A stretch of DNA of 60,014 nucleotides from a virus. Taxonomy: Duplodnaviria; Caudoviricetes. How positions within the stretch are numbered: position 1 is the first letter of the stretch; each line of letters starts with the position of its first letter. The position numbers were made by a program, and so were the translations under genes. Shown here one piece after another: positions 33,244-42,835 of the stretch. Where the stretch lies: positions 1 through 60,014 of the IMG/VR virus record IMGVR_UViG_3300008261_000019. One strand, 5' to 3'. The notes under the pieces were generated by a model. That model was not told the DNA's origin. It did no database searches and saw only the letters and a list, made by a program, of their open reading frames with translations.

Positions 33244-33245
33244 CG

Positions 33246-35048
33246 TTATTCACCTTCTTCAAGGTAGTTCATGTAAGCTTTATTACTTGTCTCTTCAAAT
33301 TTATCATAAAAGACTTCAAAGATTGCGTTAATACTTTCTTGTGTATCTAGCAACTTTAAATCTTCTTTTAATGTATTTAAGATAGTTATCTTTAAATTCA
33401 TCATATGATAAGAAATTGATTTATCAATTAAATTTAATTGATTTGGAGATAAGTAACTTTGAGTTAATTCTTTTATTTTATTTTCGCTATATAAAATTAT
33501 ATCAGATAATTCACTGGTAATATTATATTTTTCTTTAAAATATTTATCAATTAATTCGTTTATTGATTTATTTAATTCAATGTACTCTTCTTCTACTTTT
33601 GCTATATAAGGTTCAACCGATGCAGTCTGTCTACTAGGTCTTTGAGTATTTCCTGGTCTTGGTGTTGATTGATTTCTAGGCTGAGTTCGATTATTAGTGT
33701 CTTCTGTATTTGTAGATGACTGACCCTTTGTTTGAAGAGCAACTGGTATGCTTACCATGTTCATAAACATTTTTGCTCTATCTGTAATTGGGTCGCGACC
33801 AAGCATTAATCTCATTTCATCTTCTGTAATGGCATTGTGCTCATATTGAAAGATTGCATGATTTTCTGCTTTTATTTTTGAATCTACATTAATTTCTTTA
33901 AATCGGAAATGAACAGAGTCATTGGGGTTCAAAACAGGGTCAATGCCAAACTCCATTAATAATTCTTTCATAACAAAGTCATTAACGAAGATTTCCATGA
34001 CACGCTGGAATGCTTTTACCCTATCAGCAAATTCACTAGATAAGTTATCTCCAGTGGAACGATTTGCCGTATCGCCTCTACCCATCATCAATTCAGAAAC
34101 ACCTAGTCCAGTAAATACGCGTTGTTCGAAGTATTTCAGATAAGGTTGAGCATTAATAACTTGATTTGTAGCTACCGGAATAATTGAAATTCTTTCAGAT
34201 GTAACTGCTCCAGCTTCTAAGTCAAGATTCTCAATCTCACTTTTTACTTTAGCAATCTCTGCATCAGACGCTCCCAATCCTTCTTCAGGTAAACCTACTT
34301 TTACATGTATATAAGGAAATAAATTTCGGTAAATAATTTTTAATACGTTTTCTTCTGCTTGCCTTAAAGCCCGAATATCATCTAATACTGGTAAAAGAAA
34401 CGGAGTACCAAATGCATTTCCTTTTTCTCTTTTGTAATAGATATGAATGACATCTTCGGGTTTAAATCTTACTGCCTTATCTTGACCATCTACTTCTTGC
34501 TGCCAACCTTTGACTGTTCCAAACTTATCTCTACGAATAGATAAAGTTGTAACATTAACAGGAAAGTATCCGCCAATTGGAAGATTTCCTCCAAGTCCTT
34601 GAACTTTGATTCCAGGAGGAAGTGAGTTAGGGTCATCAACTCTAGATTTTACAACAACAGAATTTCCGTACTTTACTAAGTCTTCGGCCATTTCAATAAA
34701 TAACTGGTCCGTTGGAATCTGTGTTACTTCTGCCATCATTGATAAACGCAATCGGATGTATTCAACTGTACTTGGATTCTTCCCGATAATATCCCAACCA
34801 GATTTAAACATCATTTCTATGTATTTATCTACTGCTTGGCGTATATACGACTCGGTATTAATTCCATTTGTTATCTGAGTTAAATCAAACTCAGGTGCAA
34901 TAAAATCTCTTGCTTCAAAATTAAAGGCGAGTCCGATTTTACGTAAAACTCCTTGAATTGGGTCACGCTTCAAGCTCTTTCCCCCACCAGTACTCGGAGC
35001 TTCAGCGAATCGACCTAGCCAAGTATAAAATCGGTCAAAGACTCCCAT
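33246..35048 (-). CDS. Portal protein
   Basis: 600 aa; DLVKYGN, FKPEDVIHI, AFGTPFL, GLGVSELMMG, ITEDEMRLMLG; upstream of protease. Confidence 0.9.
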   Translation of the reverse strand: MGVFDRFYTWLGRFAEAPSTGGGKSLKRDPIQGVLRKIGLAFNFEARDFIAPEFDLTQITNGINTESYIRQAVDKYIEMMFKSGWDIIGKNPSTVEYIRLRLSMMAEVTQIPTDQLFIEMAEDLVKYGNSVVVKSRVDDPNSLPPGIKVQGLGGNLPIGGYFPVNVTTLSIRRDKFGTVKGWQQEVDGQDKAVRFKPEDVIHIYYKREKGNAFGTPFLLPVLDDIRALRQAEENVLKIIYRNLFPYIHVKVGLPEEGLGASDAEIAKVKSEIENLDLEAGAVTSERISIIPVATNQVINAQPYLKYFEQRVFTGLGVSELMMGRGDTANRSTGDNLSSEFADRVKAFQRVMEIFVNDFVMKELLMEFGIDPVLNPNDSVHFRFKEINVDSKIKAENHAIFQYEHNAITEDEMRLMLGRDPITDRAKMFMNMVSIPVALQTKGQSSTNTEDTNNRTQPRNQSTPRPGNTQRPSRQTASVEPYIAKVEEEYIELNKSINELIDKYFKEKYNITSELSDIILYSENKIKELTQSYLSPNQLNLIDKSISYHMMNLKITILNTLKEDLKLLDTQESINAIFEVFYDKFEETSNKAYMNYLEEGE

Positions 35049-35172
35049 ATAATCGCCTCGCTTTGATACAGCTTTATATTTGAACTAGACAAACCTACTT
35101 TTGTCCCTCTCCACCCTCTATTAAACATTCACCTCTAAATGTTTAATAACCTCAGTGTGTCTAGAATTTTTC

Positions 35173-35958
35173 TTATTTCTTTAAACCAATTTTATCTGCT
35201 AGTAAGGATAAAATACTTGCCATTTGTGCTCTTGTCAAAGGTGCGTCAGGATTAAAGTTACCGTTTGTATCACCCTTCATTAAGCCAAGTTCTTTTACTT
35301 TATCAATACTATTAGCAGCCCAGTGCGTCGGAGGAATATCAGGAAAATATTTAGACATCTCTTCTTGGACCTCCTTTAATGTAACATTTTGTTTTGGATT
35401 TTTCATATCATTGTAATAGTCTTTTACTTCTTTTTTAAAATCTTCCCACATTTTTTCTGAATTCGCAACTCCAAAAAATTCTTTGGCAGCTTCATCGTAT
35501 ACAAAATATCTTGGGCAGTCTTTTCCTGTAATATCATAATGGCGAGCTAAATCTTTATCTGGATTTAATTTATTATCAAATAATAATTTAGCACATAGCC
35601 AGGCGGATGCTTTTAATGCTTCTTTAAAGTTTCCATCTTGATTTACGCAGGTTTCAACACCAATTGTATTCGCGTTCGGATAACTACCAAAATAAGATGT
35701 TTTGTATTGCTTAGCTCCAACGTGATAAGCCATTTCATCGTCTGGAACAATTCTTAATATTGTCTTGTCATCTACAAAATAATGGGCTGAAGCATAACGT
35801 TCTGGATTACTAAAGTATCGATAATGAGCCATTGCATCTGCTTTTTTACCCATATTCGCAGTCCAGTGAATAATGATGCCTTTTACGCTTTTTAATTTTG
35901 TTCCTGGTCTTGATTTTTCATTTATTCCGATTAGTAATTCTTTAATTTCATAACTCAT
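35173..35958 (-). CDS. N-acetylmuramoyl-L-alanine amidase (Amidase_2) endolysin with C-terminal SLH domain
   Basis: IIIHWTA, SAHYFVD, AYHVG, IGVE, RHYDITGKDCP; FPDIPPTHWA...GLMKGD..FNPDAPLTRAQMA is an SLH motif. Confidence 0.92.
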   Translation of the reverse strand: MSYEIKELLIGINEKSRPGTKLKSVKGIIIHWTANMGKKADAMAHYRYFSNPERYASAHYFVDDKTILRIVPDDEMAYHVGAKQYKTSYFGSYPNANTIGVETCVNQDGNFKEALKASAWLCAKLLFDNKLNPDKDLARHYDITGKDCPRYFVYDEAAKEFFGVANSEKMWEDFKKEVKDYYNDMKNPKQNVTLKEVQEEMSKYFPDIPPTHWAANSIDKVKELGLMKGDTNGNFNPDAPLTRAQMASILSLLADKIGLKK

Positions 35959-36389
35959 TTTTTTTCACCTTTTTCGTATGAAGATGGAGATTTAATTGAT
36001 ATGTATTGTTTTTTCATTTGGCTAATGTAATCGACGATATCAACATACCATTCATACTGAGACCAATTTAATGTGAAGTGGTCATCTTCTTTTTTATTCT
36101 TATAGACTGTGATAATGGACTTTTTAAATAAATCAATCACCGTGCATATGTAGTATTCATTGACTTGATGCCTTAATAATACTCTAATTACCTGAGAATT
36201 ATTATTATGTGCTTCAATTACTTTCCCATAATATATTGATTTTAACACATCTTCAGGCTCTACATTTCTTTCTTTCATTCTAATTTGTGCATAATCTGTA
36301 AAATCAAAAGTATTTAACTTGTTTATTTCTGACCTTAAATAATGAAGTTCTTTTGGGGACATTTGAGTGTAGTGTTTACGTCTATTCAT
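35955..36389 (-). CDS. DUF4258-like (RelE/BECR-fold-like) protein
   Basis: FTDYAQIRMKERNV..EDVLKSI..GKVIE...ICTVID....IITVY. Confidence 0.55.
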   Translation of the reverse strand: MNRRKHYTQMSPKELHYLRSEINKLNTFDFTDYAQIRMKERNVEPEDVLKSIYYGKVIEAHNNNSQVIRVLLRHQVNEYYICTVIDLFKKSIITVYKNKKEDDHFTLNWSQYEWYVDIVDYISQMKKQYISIKSPSSYEKGEKK

Positions 36390-36522
36390 AAAGCTATACC
36401 AATATTAAATTAGAGATTACATTCATAAAAATAATCTCCCCTTTTCTAAATAAAGAAGAGACAATAGATTTTTTTAATTTTATCTCTATTATCTCTTCTT
36501 CTATACACATCTAATTCTTTTA

Positions 36523-36897
36523 TTAAATAACAAAATCCTCTGTCCCACTGAAATTATTTATATTTATCCTTAAATCATTCATTGCAGAAGTTGCTTTTGA
36601 CTTTACTGATTCAATCCATGTCTCTGCTACTTCTTCTGCATTTCCTTCATATTGAGAATCTATAAAACTAATTGTAAATGGAAATTGACTTTTTATTTTT
36701 CGATTCATCGGTTGCAAAGTTGCGATTGTTTCATTTTGAGCATTTTTAATTTCTCCGCCTAAGTTAATGCTTGGTTCATTAAATAACTCAAATAAAGAGA
36801 GGTCATCTTCTGAAAAGCTGGACGTTGTAACTTGAACTGTGTAAACATTTCTTACTAGCGTTTTCACGAATGATAAATTCATTATTAACACCACCAA
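36523..36897 (-). CDS. Hypothetical protein
   Basis: 124-aa ORF; true start is probably the internal ATG (MNLSF). Confidence 0.55.
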   Translation of the reverse strand: MVVLIMNLSFVKTLVRNVYTVQVTTSSFSEDDLSLFELFNEPSINLGGEIKNAQNETIATLQPMNRKIKSQFPFTISFIDSQYEGNAEEVAETWIESVKSKATSAMNDLRININNFSGTEDFVI

Positions 36898-37012
36898 TAA
36901 TTGATACCTTTTTATTAAAGGTATTAAAAATCTATAGCGGTAAAATAAATCATAAAAAATTTACATCCTATTTTAATATTACATCAAATGTTAACAAATC
37001 GGCAATATTTAT

Positions 37013-37207
37013 TTACTCTTGATGCTTTTTATTCCCATTTGGAGTAAATGGACACTTGGTAACCCATCCTGATTTTTCATAACTTTCTTTTCTTGCTCTT
37101 AGATGGCAAGTATCTTTTAAATCGCAATACATACATTTAATCTTAACTTCTCTGTATGTATTATTTTTTTTCATTAATCTTGTTGGTTCAAATTCATGTT
37201 TTTTCAT
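37013..37207 (-). CDS. Small Cys-containing protein
   Basis: CMYC...C...CP; SD GGAGG. Confidence 0.6.
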   Translation of the reverse strand: MKKHEFEPTRLMKKNNTYREVKIKCMYCDLKDTCHLRARKESYEKSGWVTKCPFTPNGNKKHQE

Positions 37208-37243
37208 TTATTGGCTCCCTCCGCTAAGAAAAAATAATTATAA

Positions 37244-37280
37244 AAACCCCCTGGGAAAGGGGAGATATCCCAGGGGGTTT
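37244..37280 (-). terminator. Intrinsic terminator after fibre gene
   Basis: AAACCCCCTGGGA...TCCCAGGGGGTTT followed by a T-run on the minus strand. Confidence 0.75.
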
Positions 37281-37305
37281 CATTATTTTATTACATTATT
37301 TCAAA

Positions 37306-39708
37306 TTAAGCAGTTTCGTTAACTACCCATTTGATGATGATTACATCTCCAGCAGCCAAAGTCTCAGGGTCAAAGTCTACACGATTTCCATGAGTTAAGC
37401 TGTTAGTAGTTGAAACTTCTGCATAGTGGATGCCTTCAGCTTGGAGTACACCGTTGACATAAACGTCTAAAGTATCGTCGCCCAATTGGAACAACTCTCC
37501 ATTAGGAAGGTCTACAGTTGTTTCTCCGCCAGTAGCAGTGAATACATATTTTTTATGAACGTGGATTTTCGTACCTTGTTTCAAAGTACCATTTTCGTTG
37601 ATAGCTACGTCTAAGCGAGCATCAACTGAACCCATTGTTCCACGAGCATTTGTTACTTCTGTTTCTAAATCGTCGATATCAGTTTCGATATCATCTAAGC
37701 GAGCGTCAACCGAAGCAAAAGTGCTGCGAGCAGTTTCTACTTCTGATTTAACAGCTTCATAACGAGTTTCGCCAGCTTCTAAACGAGCATCTAACGAAGC
37801 GTGAGCAGAACCAGCGCCAGTTGGACCAAAGAAGGAAGATGTACGACCATCTACAACTTCTTGATGGCTTTCTTGCAATGCGCCTTCAACAGTAGTAGCT
37901 GAGAAGATAGAGCCAGCGTCATTAATTCCAACTAATGAAGCGCCTTCGCCAACAGCAGTTGAAGCAAGGTCAGCAAGCGTATCGCCAGTAGCAGCTTGAC
38001 GGTCAGCGATTTCTTGGTTCAAGTTTGTTACGATTTCAGCCAATGCACCTTCAACAGTTGTAGCAGTAATTAATGAACCGCTATCTTGAATACCAACAGC
38101 TCCAGCGCCTTTTCCAGCTCCACCAGTTGTTGCAGCCAAATCATCGCGAATTGCTTGGTCAGCAGTACTGCGAGCAGTAGCTTCATCTGAAACTGCAGTT
38201 GCTCTGTCACTGATTTCTGTATTTAAGTTAGTTACGATTTCTTGAAGAGCGCCTTCTACAGTGCTTGCAGTAATCAATGAACCAGCATCGTTAATACCAA
38301 CTAAGCTAGCACCTTTAGCAACTGAAGTTGAAGCAAGGTCGCTTTTAATTAAATCGTCAGCGTCAGTGCGGTCTTGGATTTCATCAGCAATTGCTGTATC
38401 AATGTTATCCAAGCGAGCATCTAAGTTAGCAGCAGCTCCGCGAGCAGTAACAACTTCACTAGCAATCTCAGCTAATGCACCCTCTACAGTTGTAGCGGAG
38501 ATGTTACCAGCAGTATCTTGAATACCGATAGTAGAAGCACCTTTGTTAGCTGAAGTTGAAGCCAGGTCATCAATTGTTGTTTTGAATTTCTCGTCAGTTG
38601 TATTCTCGATATCAACTAAGCGCTCTTCTAAGCTAACGAATGTATCAACTGCGAACAATCCGTTTGTCGAAGCAGCATCGCGCTCATGAGTTGCAGTTAC
38701 TTCTGCTCCTCCGTTGTTTTCCAACGTATCCAAACGGCTGTCGATACTTACTAATACAGCTTCAACAGTGCTTCCGTCTAAACCTGCATCAGCAGATACG
38801 CCAACCAATGTTGCTCCACCAGAGCCATTTGCAGTAGAAGCAAGGTCATTTGTCAAATCAGTTACTGAGTTTTCGATTGCAATAAAACGTGATTCGATAG
38901 AAGCATATGCTCCACGAGCAGTGATTACTTCGTCGATGATAGCAGATGCGCGAACTGTTGTGTTAATTACGCCACGAGTTTGAACTAAGATTTCGTCAAC
39001 CAAGTTGCGAGCTAAGTTTGCATTGCCATCACGGTCTAATGTATAGCTAGGACCATAAACATCTTTAGCTAATTGCAAGATGTTCAAGTGAGCTGAAGTA
39101 TCAGCTACGCCATCAACAAATTTCTCGTTAGCTGCAAACATTTCGGATACGCTATCCAAGTTAAAGCGTTTAGCATATTGCCAGTCGATATCTACTGCGT
39201 CAGTAGTTGTATAAGCTGTTTCATCGCCTGACTCATCTAAGTAGTAGAATTTCAATTCATACTTCGATGAACCAGCGTCATAAGTCATACGACCATAAAC
39301 ATCTGAACGATGAGTTACACTAGAAACTTCCCACTCAGCAACAAGAGGGTCTTGTGAACCAGCTAAGCGCAATGGAACGCGGTTTTTCTCACCAGATGTG
39401 ATAACGCCTTCACTAGTCGAATCTGAACCAACTGAAGGAGTACTGTTTGGAATTTGACCAGTTCCACTTCCAGTAACGTCGATTTTTGTTACGCCTGAAG
39501 CAACTGCAGTTCCATTAACTTGAACAAAGTCAACAACTTTCTTATGGCTGAAAATTTCAGCATAATCAAGTGCCAATTTTGTATGAGCAATTGCTGCGTT
39601 TGATGCGATATTAGCATCCATAATTGTGTTGCTAGCGATATTTGAACCCAAGATTGTTGCACTAGCAATCTGCGCGGAACGGATTTTTACGAAACCATTC
39701 AATGCCAT
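37306..39708 (-). CDS. Repeat-containing fibre protein (abundant virion fibre)
   Basis: Likely start ATG 39708 (MALNGFVK) behind GGGAGTG, not 39807. About five DLAST..KGASLVGI.DAG..I.A.TVEGAL.E repeats and several ARG...LDARLD coiled-coil repeats. Confidence 0.75.
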   Translation of the reverse strand: MALNGFVKIRSAQIASATILGSNIASNTIMDANIASNAAIAHTKLALDYAEIFSHKKVVDFVQVNGTAVASGVTKIDVTGSGTGQIPNSTPSVGSDSTSEGVITSGEKNRVPLRLAGSQDPLVAEWEVSSVTHRSDVYGRMTYDAGSSKYELKFYYLDESGDETAYTTTDAVDIDWQYAKRFNLDSVSEMFAANEKFVDGVADTSAHLNILQLAKDVYGPSYTLDRDGNANLARNLVDEILVQTRGVINTTVRASAIIDEVITARGAYASIESRFIAIENSVTDLTNDLASTANGSGGATLVGVSADAGLDGSTVEAVLVSIDSRLDTLENNGGAEVTATHERDAASTNGLFAVDTFVSLEERLVDIENTTDEKFKTTIDDLASTSANKGASTIGIQDTAGNISATTVEGALAEIASEVVTARGAAANLDARLDNIDTAIADEIQDRTDADDLIKSDLASTSVAKGASLVGINDAGSLITASTVEGALQEIVTNLNTEISDRATAVSDEATARSTADQAIRDDLAATTGGAGKGAGAVGIQDSGSLITATTVEGALAEIVTNLNQEIADRQAATGDTLADLASTAVGEGASLVGINDAGSIFSATTVEGALQESHQEVVDGRTSSFFGPTGAGSAHASLDARLEAGETRYEAVKSEVETARSTFASVDARLDDIETDIDDLETEVTNARGTMGSVDARLDVAINENGTLKQGTKIHVHKKYVFTATGGETTVDLPNGELFQLGDDTLDVYVNGVLQAEGIHYAEVSTTNSLTHGNRVDFDPETLAAGDVIIIKWVVNETA

Positions 39709-39755
39709 ATACACTTCACTCCCATTTAGTAGTTTTTTTATTTTGCAAAATAAAA

Positions 39756-39783
39756 AATAGTGACATATCTCTATGTCACTATT
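39756..39783 (-). terminator. Hairpin/putative terminator
   Basis: AATAGTGACATA-tctc-TATGTCACTATT followed by a T-run on the minus strand. Confidence 0.6.
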
Positions 39784-39901
39784 GATTTTATCAGTAGAAT
39801 ACACCATAATGAAATATTAAATTTGCCCTACTTTTATACTTATAAGGTTAAAAGGCTTATTTAAACTGAATTTGTTCGATTTTGTATCTATATAGTATGG
39901 C

Positions 39902-40828
39902 TTAATTTCTGTGAATTATAATTTTTTTCTCATTTTTATATAAATCGACCTGGACCAAGCCTTGCGGAGCAGGGGTTAGACCCATCATTTCTGCATACCC
40001 TTCAAAATATGTAAGTAAAGAACCGCCAATTATGTAATGTCTTTTCTTTTGTATCAATAAATCATTCTCATCATCTATGATATATCCACTATCCATGTCA
40101 TGCTGAATCGAGTGAACATGCCCCATAAAATACATATCTGCATCGAGCATAATGTCTCTTTGTCTTCTTACCGCATTTATCCTACCACCAGGTGTTCCTG
40201 CAGAACCTCTACCGTGAAAAGTATGTGCCTTATATACTTGGTCTCCAACCAACCACTTATGAAATCCCTGATAACCTAGAAATGGCACTTCAATTCCAGT
40301 CTCTTTCGATAGACGTTTTGCAATTAATCGCATTGGGTCTAATCGAATTAATACTGAAGTTCTATATTCATGATTTCCAGGCATCAAACCAAGTATCTTC
40401 CCAGCTTTCGCTAATGGCTCTAATAGCGCTGTCATATGCTCAATCTGTTCATCAATATGAACTTCTTCTTCGTATACGCCCATTCCAACTGAAGTTTTTG
40501 TTGCATTCTCAATTAAGTCGCCTAAGCCAATCATGTATGTATCAGGTGTACTTAAAATATAATCTAAAAATGCTCTAAACTTTTCTTTATTGCAATTTAG
40601 CGAGCCGTAGTGAATATCGTGTACAGGTACAATACTTATTTTATCTGCATCTGTTTCAAATTTATGTTTGGATACTTGCTTCATTTTGATTTCATCTGAC
40701 ATTTGATTAATCTTGTAGAAAGACTCTAGCTCTTGCTTTTCTCTTACAAGTTTATCTATGCCCATTCCTTGTAAGGCCGATTTAACAAGTTCTTCAATGT
40801 CTTTAATATTTTCTGCCACAAAATTCAC
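39902..40828 (-). CDS. Calcineurin-like metallophosphoesterase
   Basis: DIHYG, GDLIE, GNHE, FHG and GHVH metal-binding motifs. Confidence 0.9.
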   Translation of the reverse strand: MNFVAENIKDIEELVKSALQGMGIDKLVREKQELESFYKINQMSDEIKMKQVSKHKFETDADKISIVPVHDIHYGSLNCNKEKFRAFLDYILSTPDTYMIGLGDLIENATKTSVGMGVYEEEVHIDEQIEHMTALLEPLAKAGKILGLMPGNHEYRTSVLIRLDPMRLIAKRLSKETGIEVPFLGYQGFHKWLVGDQVYKAHTFHGRGSAGTPGGRINAVRRQRDIMLDADMYFMGHVHSIQHDMDSGYIIDDENDLLIQKKRHYIIGGSLLTYFEGYAEMMGLTPAPQGLVQVDLYKNEKKIIIHRN

Positions 40829-40837
40829 CCCTCGATT

Positions 40838-42016
40838 TTATATTTCTTTTACCTCATATTGATTAATGAATCTTTGAATTTGTTTTGATTTATTTTTATC
40901 TTCATAATCAAAATAATTATTCATATCATTTGTAATCTCATACATTTGTTTGCTTTTCTCTTTTTCAACTAGTTTATTAATATAATTTGTATACTCCATA
41001 TTTTTTAATTCCATATGCCTATGCAAATCAATAAGTACGGAATCATATTCTTGAAATGCATCTTCAATTACATCTAAGGTCTCTTCTAAAAAATCATTTA
41101 TTCCGTTTAAAAATAAAGGAGTTTTTAATTCATGCATCCATGATGCAACTTCTCTATTATCATTAATTAAATTATTTATTTTAATTAATTCATTAAAGTA
41201 AATTGATTCTTTATCATTTCCGCATAAATGAGTCATTCTGTCTTTAATTACTTCTAATTCATTTTTTAATTTATCAAATTTAATTTCTGATATTTTATTT
41301 AACTGAGATAATACATTATTACTTGCAGATGATAGGCCTGTGACTAATGAATCAATATCTGAATTAAAATAATCACTAATTTTTAGATTCAATAATTCAG
41401 AGAATTTATCAATAATATCTTCGTATTTATTTAATAATCTAGCAGAAGCTAGATTTAATTCATTTTTATTATTTAGTTGATATACATCTTCACTAACTAT
41501 TTCATTATTTATAAAATTATTTGCTGTGCTAACTATTTTTCTTGATTCGATATTTTCTAATTTTTTAATTTCCTCATCATCTTCTAAATTAATCTTATCT
41601 ACCCCAAATAAATCTTTTGCAATAAAATCGCTTATTTGATTTACTCCATCTTTTAATTCCAATAAAATCGGATACACTTCCCCTTTAACATTTCGATTGA
41701 TATTATTCTTATAGTATTCATCAAATAGTTCTTTTGCTTCTGTATCTTTTTGATAATTACTAAAAGGTTTGTTTTCTAAAGAGAAGTTTGAAAGCGCTTT
41801 ATCTATATTATTTATCATATTGTTTAAATTTTGCAACAAATCTTTCATTTTATTTACTGTATCGATATAAGGGTAATCTATTTGAGTCTTTATTGCTTCT
41901 GGAAATAAAGAATCGAACTTATCTGCCTCTACGTCTGAAGGTATTAAAGCAAAGATTTTTTCTCTAATACTTGGACGATACTCAATATAACTACGCTCTG
42001 ACTGATTCATTGGCAT
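40838..42016 (-). CDS. Hypothetical helical protein
   Basis: 392 aa; SD GAGGTG. Confidence 0.65.
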   Translation of the reverse strand: MPMNQSERSYIEYRPSIREKIFALIPSDVEADKFDSLFPEAIKTQIDYPYIDTVNKMKDLLQNLNNMINNIDKALSNFSLENKPFSNYQKDTEAKELFDEYYKNNINRNVKGEVYPILLELKDGVNQISDFIAKDLFGVDKINLEDDEEIKKLENIESRKIVSTANNFINNEIVSEDVYQLNNKNELNLASARLLNKYEDIIDKFSELLNLKISDYFNSDIDSLVTGLSSASNNVLSQLNKISEIKFDKLKNELEVIKDRMTHLCGNDKESIYFNELIKINNLINDNREVASWMHELKTPLFLNGINDFLEETLDVIEDAFQEYDSVLIDLHRHMELKNMEYTNYINKLVEKEKSKQMYEITNDMNNYFDYEDKNKSKQIQRFINQYEVKEI

Positions 42017-42048
42017 CTTTAATCACCTCGCTATTTATTATAATAAAA

Positions 42049-42072
42049 AATCATATCCCATGGGATATGATT
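42049..42072 (-). terminator. Palindromic terminator after terL
   Basis: AATCATATCCCA/TGGGATATGATT perfect palindrome with A/T runs on both sides. Confidence 0.65.
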
Positions 42073-42835
42073 AAAAAGTTCTTCTACTTGGTTTTGCTCC
42101 TCTACTTGGACCTCTACTAGGTTTATAGCTTGTTGATTTACTATTCATTCTAGAGCCAAGCGATATAATTCCAGAAGTAGTAGTCTTATTGTTTTCAAAT
42201 GGCTTATCTTCACTTGAACCTATTCTTTTTGCACTACTGTCTGTTAGGTTTTTAAATGCATCTATTTTTGCAATCAGGGATGCATGGCGGACCTTAAACG
42301 TATCATTATATTTCATGTTAAATACATGAATTGCTATCATGATACAATCATGTATGTGTTCATTTTTACTTGAGTATACTGGCCTTCCATTCATACCGAG
42401 TCTTTCAACTCGATACTCTTCAAATTGCTTAATCGTTTTTCTATCGGAAGGATTAAATGCAAATTGATTTCTCTCAAATAAAAGAACTGTATTATTCACC
42501 ATAAATGGTTTGATGTCTTTTTTATCTCTAATCTTTGTAATTGGGTCTCTAATTGTTACTTTCTCCGAAAAGTTAATTCGTATTACTTTATGCTGAAGTC
42601 CTGATTGAGGATTTTTTTGTCCGTATAGTTTTAATTGCTCAATCTGATACTCTCCATGACCAGCATCAACTGCAATATAATCAAAATTATATATATCATT
42701 TAGTTCAATAATTTTTTTAATTGCATTATCATATGTGAACTCATTCCGAGGAATTTCTGCTCGAACGAATGGCGCAAACACACCAAACTCTTCTATATAC
42801 TGAACGCCGACCATATTTGTATCGTTCTCATATTT
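42071..42835 (-). CDS. terL: Terminase large subunit, exon 2 (RNase H-like nuclease domain)
   Basis: Extends in frame upstream of the ORF-track ATG as KYENDTNMVGVQ; YIAVDAGHG and EHIHDC acidic residues. Confidence 0.85.
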   Translation of the reverse strand, partial: KYENDTNMVGVQYIEEFGVFAPFVRAEIPRNEFTYDNAIKKIIELNDIYNFDYIAVDAGHGEYQIEQLKLYGQKNPQSGLQHKVIRINFSEKVTIRDPITKIRDKKDIKPFMVNNTVLLFERNQFAFNPSDRKTIKQFEEYRVERLGMNGRPVYSSKNEHIHDCIMIAIHVFNMKYNDTFKVRHASLIAKIDAFKNLTDSSAKRIGSSEDKPFENNKTTTSGIISLGSRMNSKSTSYKPSRGPSRGAKPSRRTF

